Part shown: positions 62,577 to 64,000 of the stretch, one piece after another
Position numbering within the stretch: the stretch's first letter is position 1
How the letters are laid out: each line of letters starts with the position of its first letter
Origin: Hormiphora californensis
Lineage: Eukaryota > Animalia > Ctenophora
DNA: 64,000 bases
Assembly (NCBI GenBank): GCA_020137815.1
Contig: CM035362.1
Coordinates: 620,001 to 684,000, forward strand
Direction: 5' to 3'
Notes under the pieces: model-generated
Seen by the model: the letters and a program-made list of their open reading frames with translations, nothing else
Told to the model about the DNA's origin: nothing
Database searches by the model: none
Position numbers and translations under genes: made by a program

Positions 62577-63654
62577 TCAGTTCCTCAGCTGAGCGAGACG
62601 TCTTGTTAAGGCATCCTCCTGTTCATTGCTCACACTGGTGGACGGCCCCTGCGATGGCACCCGTAGGGGCTGACTCTGCACCAGCCATCATAGTCACCCA
62701 TTTCCAAGCCGTGCTCCTCCGCAACTTGAGATATGAGAGCATCCACCTGTGTGTGATAGGCACTGATTAGATGGCATGGCTTTGGGGGCAATGTATGTAA
62801 ATCGTGGAGTTCAAGAAAGACGGAGACGTGTTAGGATTTAGGAACCACGCTGAAATTTTGGGATCCTTCACAATGAAATACTGAGTAAGGAAAAAGTAAC
62901 AAACCTGGTCTGCAGGTGTTGTAAGGGTGGTTGAAGCTCCCATACTTTGATCCATTGCACTTGACTGGACGTCCAGGTTCTCTGATTGAGCCTCAAACTT
63001 ATCCATTATTTGCTGGACCTTTTCCAGGTCCATACTGGCCATTGCCTTATCAAGTCCCTTCACAACTGAGCCCATGTCTTTAGTGACCTAGATTTAGGAA
63101 GTTACTACATATAACGTATTCTGTAATTGCTAAATCATCAGTCGTGAACTACAGTATTATGATTATTACAATTCCAAACCTCGATTCACCGGACTCCTCG
63201 GGGGAAATTTATCTGTACAGTAAATAGAGATTGGAGGCCCGGTAAAAGGAGGGTTGTTTACCTGTTTCATAGCAAGTGCAGATTTAACCCTACTGGAGAC
63301 ACCATCTATCCTAGCAGCCATGCGCAGGAAGTTTAGTGATTCATTTCTCTTTCGAATAGCATTTTCACTGTAGATCTTAGCTCCTGAAAATACCAATGGT
63401 CAAGAACTCTGTTTATGAAAGATTGTGAACTCTGTACAACCTTGTATAGCTCATTGTCATTTTATTCTGTGTACAACTTACAGAATTCAGTCATATCATC
63501 TTGAATACAGCATACCTTCTACATTTCCCTGTTGTAGAGCCTTCTTAATTTTCGCCTTGTTCAAGTTGTGTTCCTTCTCGCATCTTTTAGATTCTCGTTC
63601 CAGTTGTTTTGAACAGAATTTCAGCTGGAAAAGTGTATCTTCCATGGAAGGCAT
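62577..63654 (-). CDS. CHMP1A: ESCRT-III subunit CHMP1A (4 exons; two apparent +1 G errors in the last exon)
   Basis: [35 protein letters not shown]|[26 protein letters not shown]..|[33 protein letters not shown]|[30 protein letters not shown]. Confidence 0.93.
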
Positions 63655-64000
63655 TGCTGCCCAAGTGCCGCCCAGATTCAGCGGATTACCACCCTCTTTC
63701 CTTTGAAGCTAACAATGATATATCGACTTAACGCCTTGAATTCTGATAAAACACATACAGTGAGCAGGAAAACATTCGATTTACGATCTTCAAAAGCAGG
63801 TAAACAAAAAAGGCGTCTCACAAGGCGTCTCGTATGCGACAGGGCGTGGGATTCGATGCGATTACTTTACACGTTAAAGCAGATTTTGAACTGCACGGCA
63901 TGCTGATGAAATTTAACCAGTACCCAGTGTTGAAATTAGGTCCAGCGTGTCCATGACACTCTCTTCGTTGCGGAAAAAGAGAGAAGATTGATATTTTGTT

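Overview
Eukaryotic (animal) genomic DNA with a compact, intron-rich gene layout and dense non-autonomous DNA transposons. The LDLa-7TM receptor tandem and splice acceptors sitting next to start codons suggest an early-branching metazoan such as a ctenophore; this is inference, not verified. Genes built by hand splicing: two tandem LDLa-repeat GPCRs without LRRs (+), EDRF1 (+), tRNA-Thr(AGT), SERP1/RAMP4 (+), a PLAC8/cornifelin-family gene (+), a homeobox-like-domain ceramide synthase (-), an FKBP2-like gene (-), an orphan class A GPCR (+), a single-exon RING/TRAF-zinc-finger protein with PPxY motifs and CaaX (-), ABHD4 (-) and CHMP1A (-). Main unusual findings: (1) a family of 23-95 bp micro-transposons with 8-bp target-site duplications (TSDs), including 23-bp solo units; (2) a second ~33-bp insertion whose empty site is visible in a paralogous repeat; (3) a 2.8-kb element with terminal inverted repeats (TIRs) carrying a tRNA-Val-like gene with a GAC anticodon; (4) DINE-1/HINE-like Helentron derivatives with covarying GAA hairpins, one carrying four RFX X-box-like motifs at 21-bp spacing; (5) tandem repeats that reiterate splice donors or acceptors in EDRF1 and SERP1. 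Apparent frameshifts in CHMP1A and SERP1 are probably sequencing errors. Exon coordinates were read by eye and may be off by a few bases.
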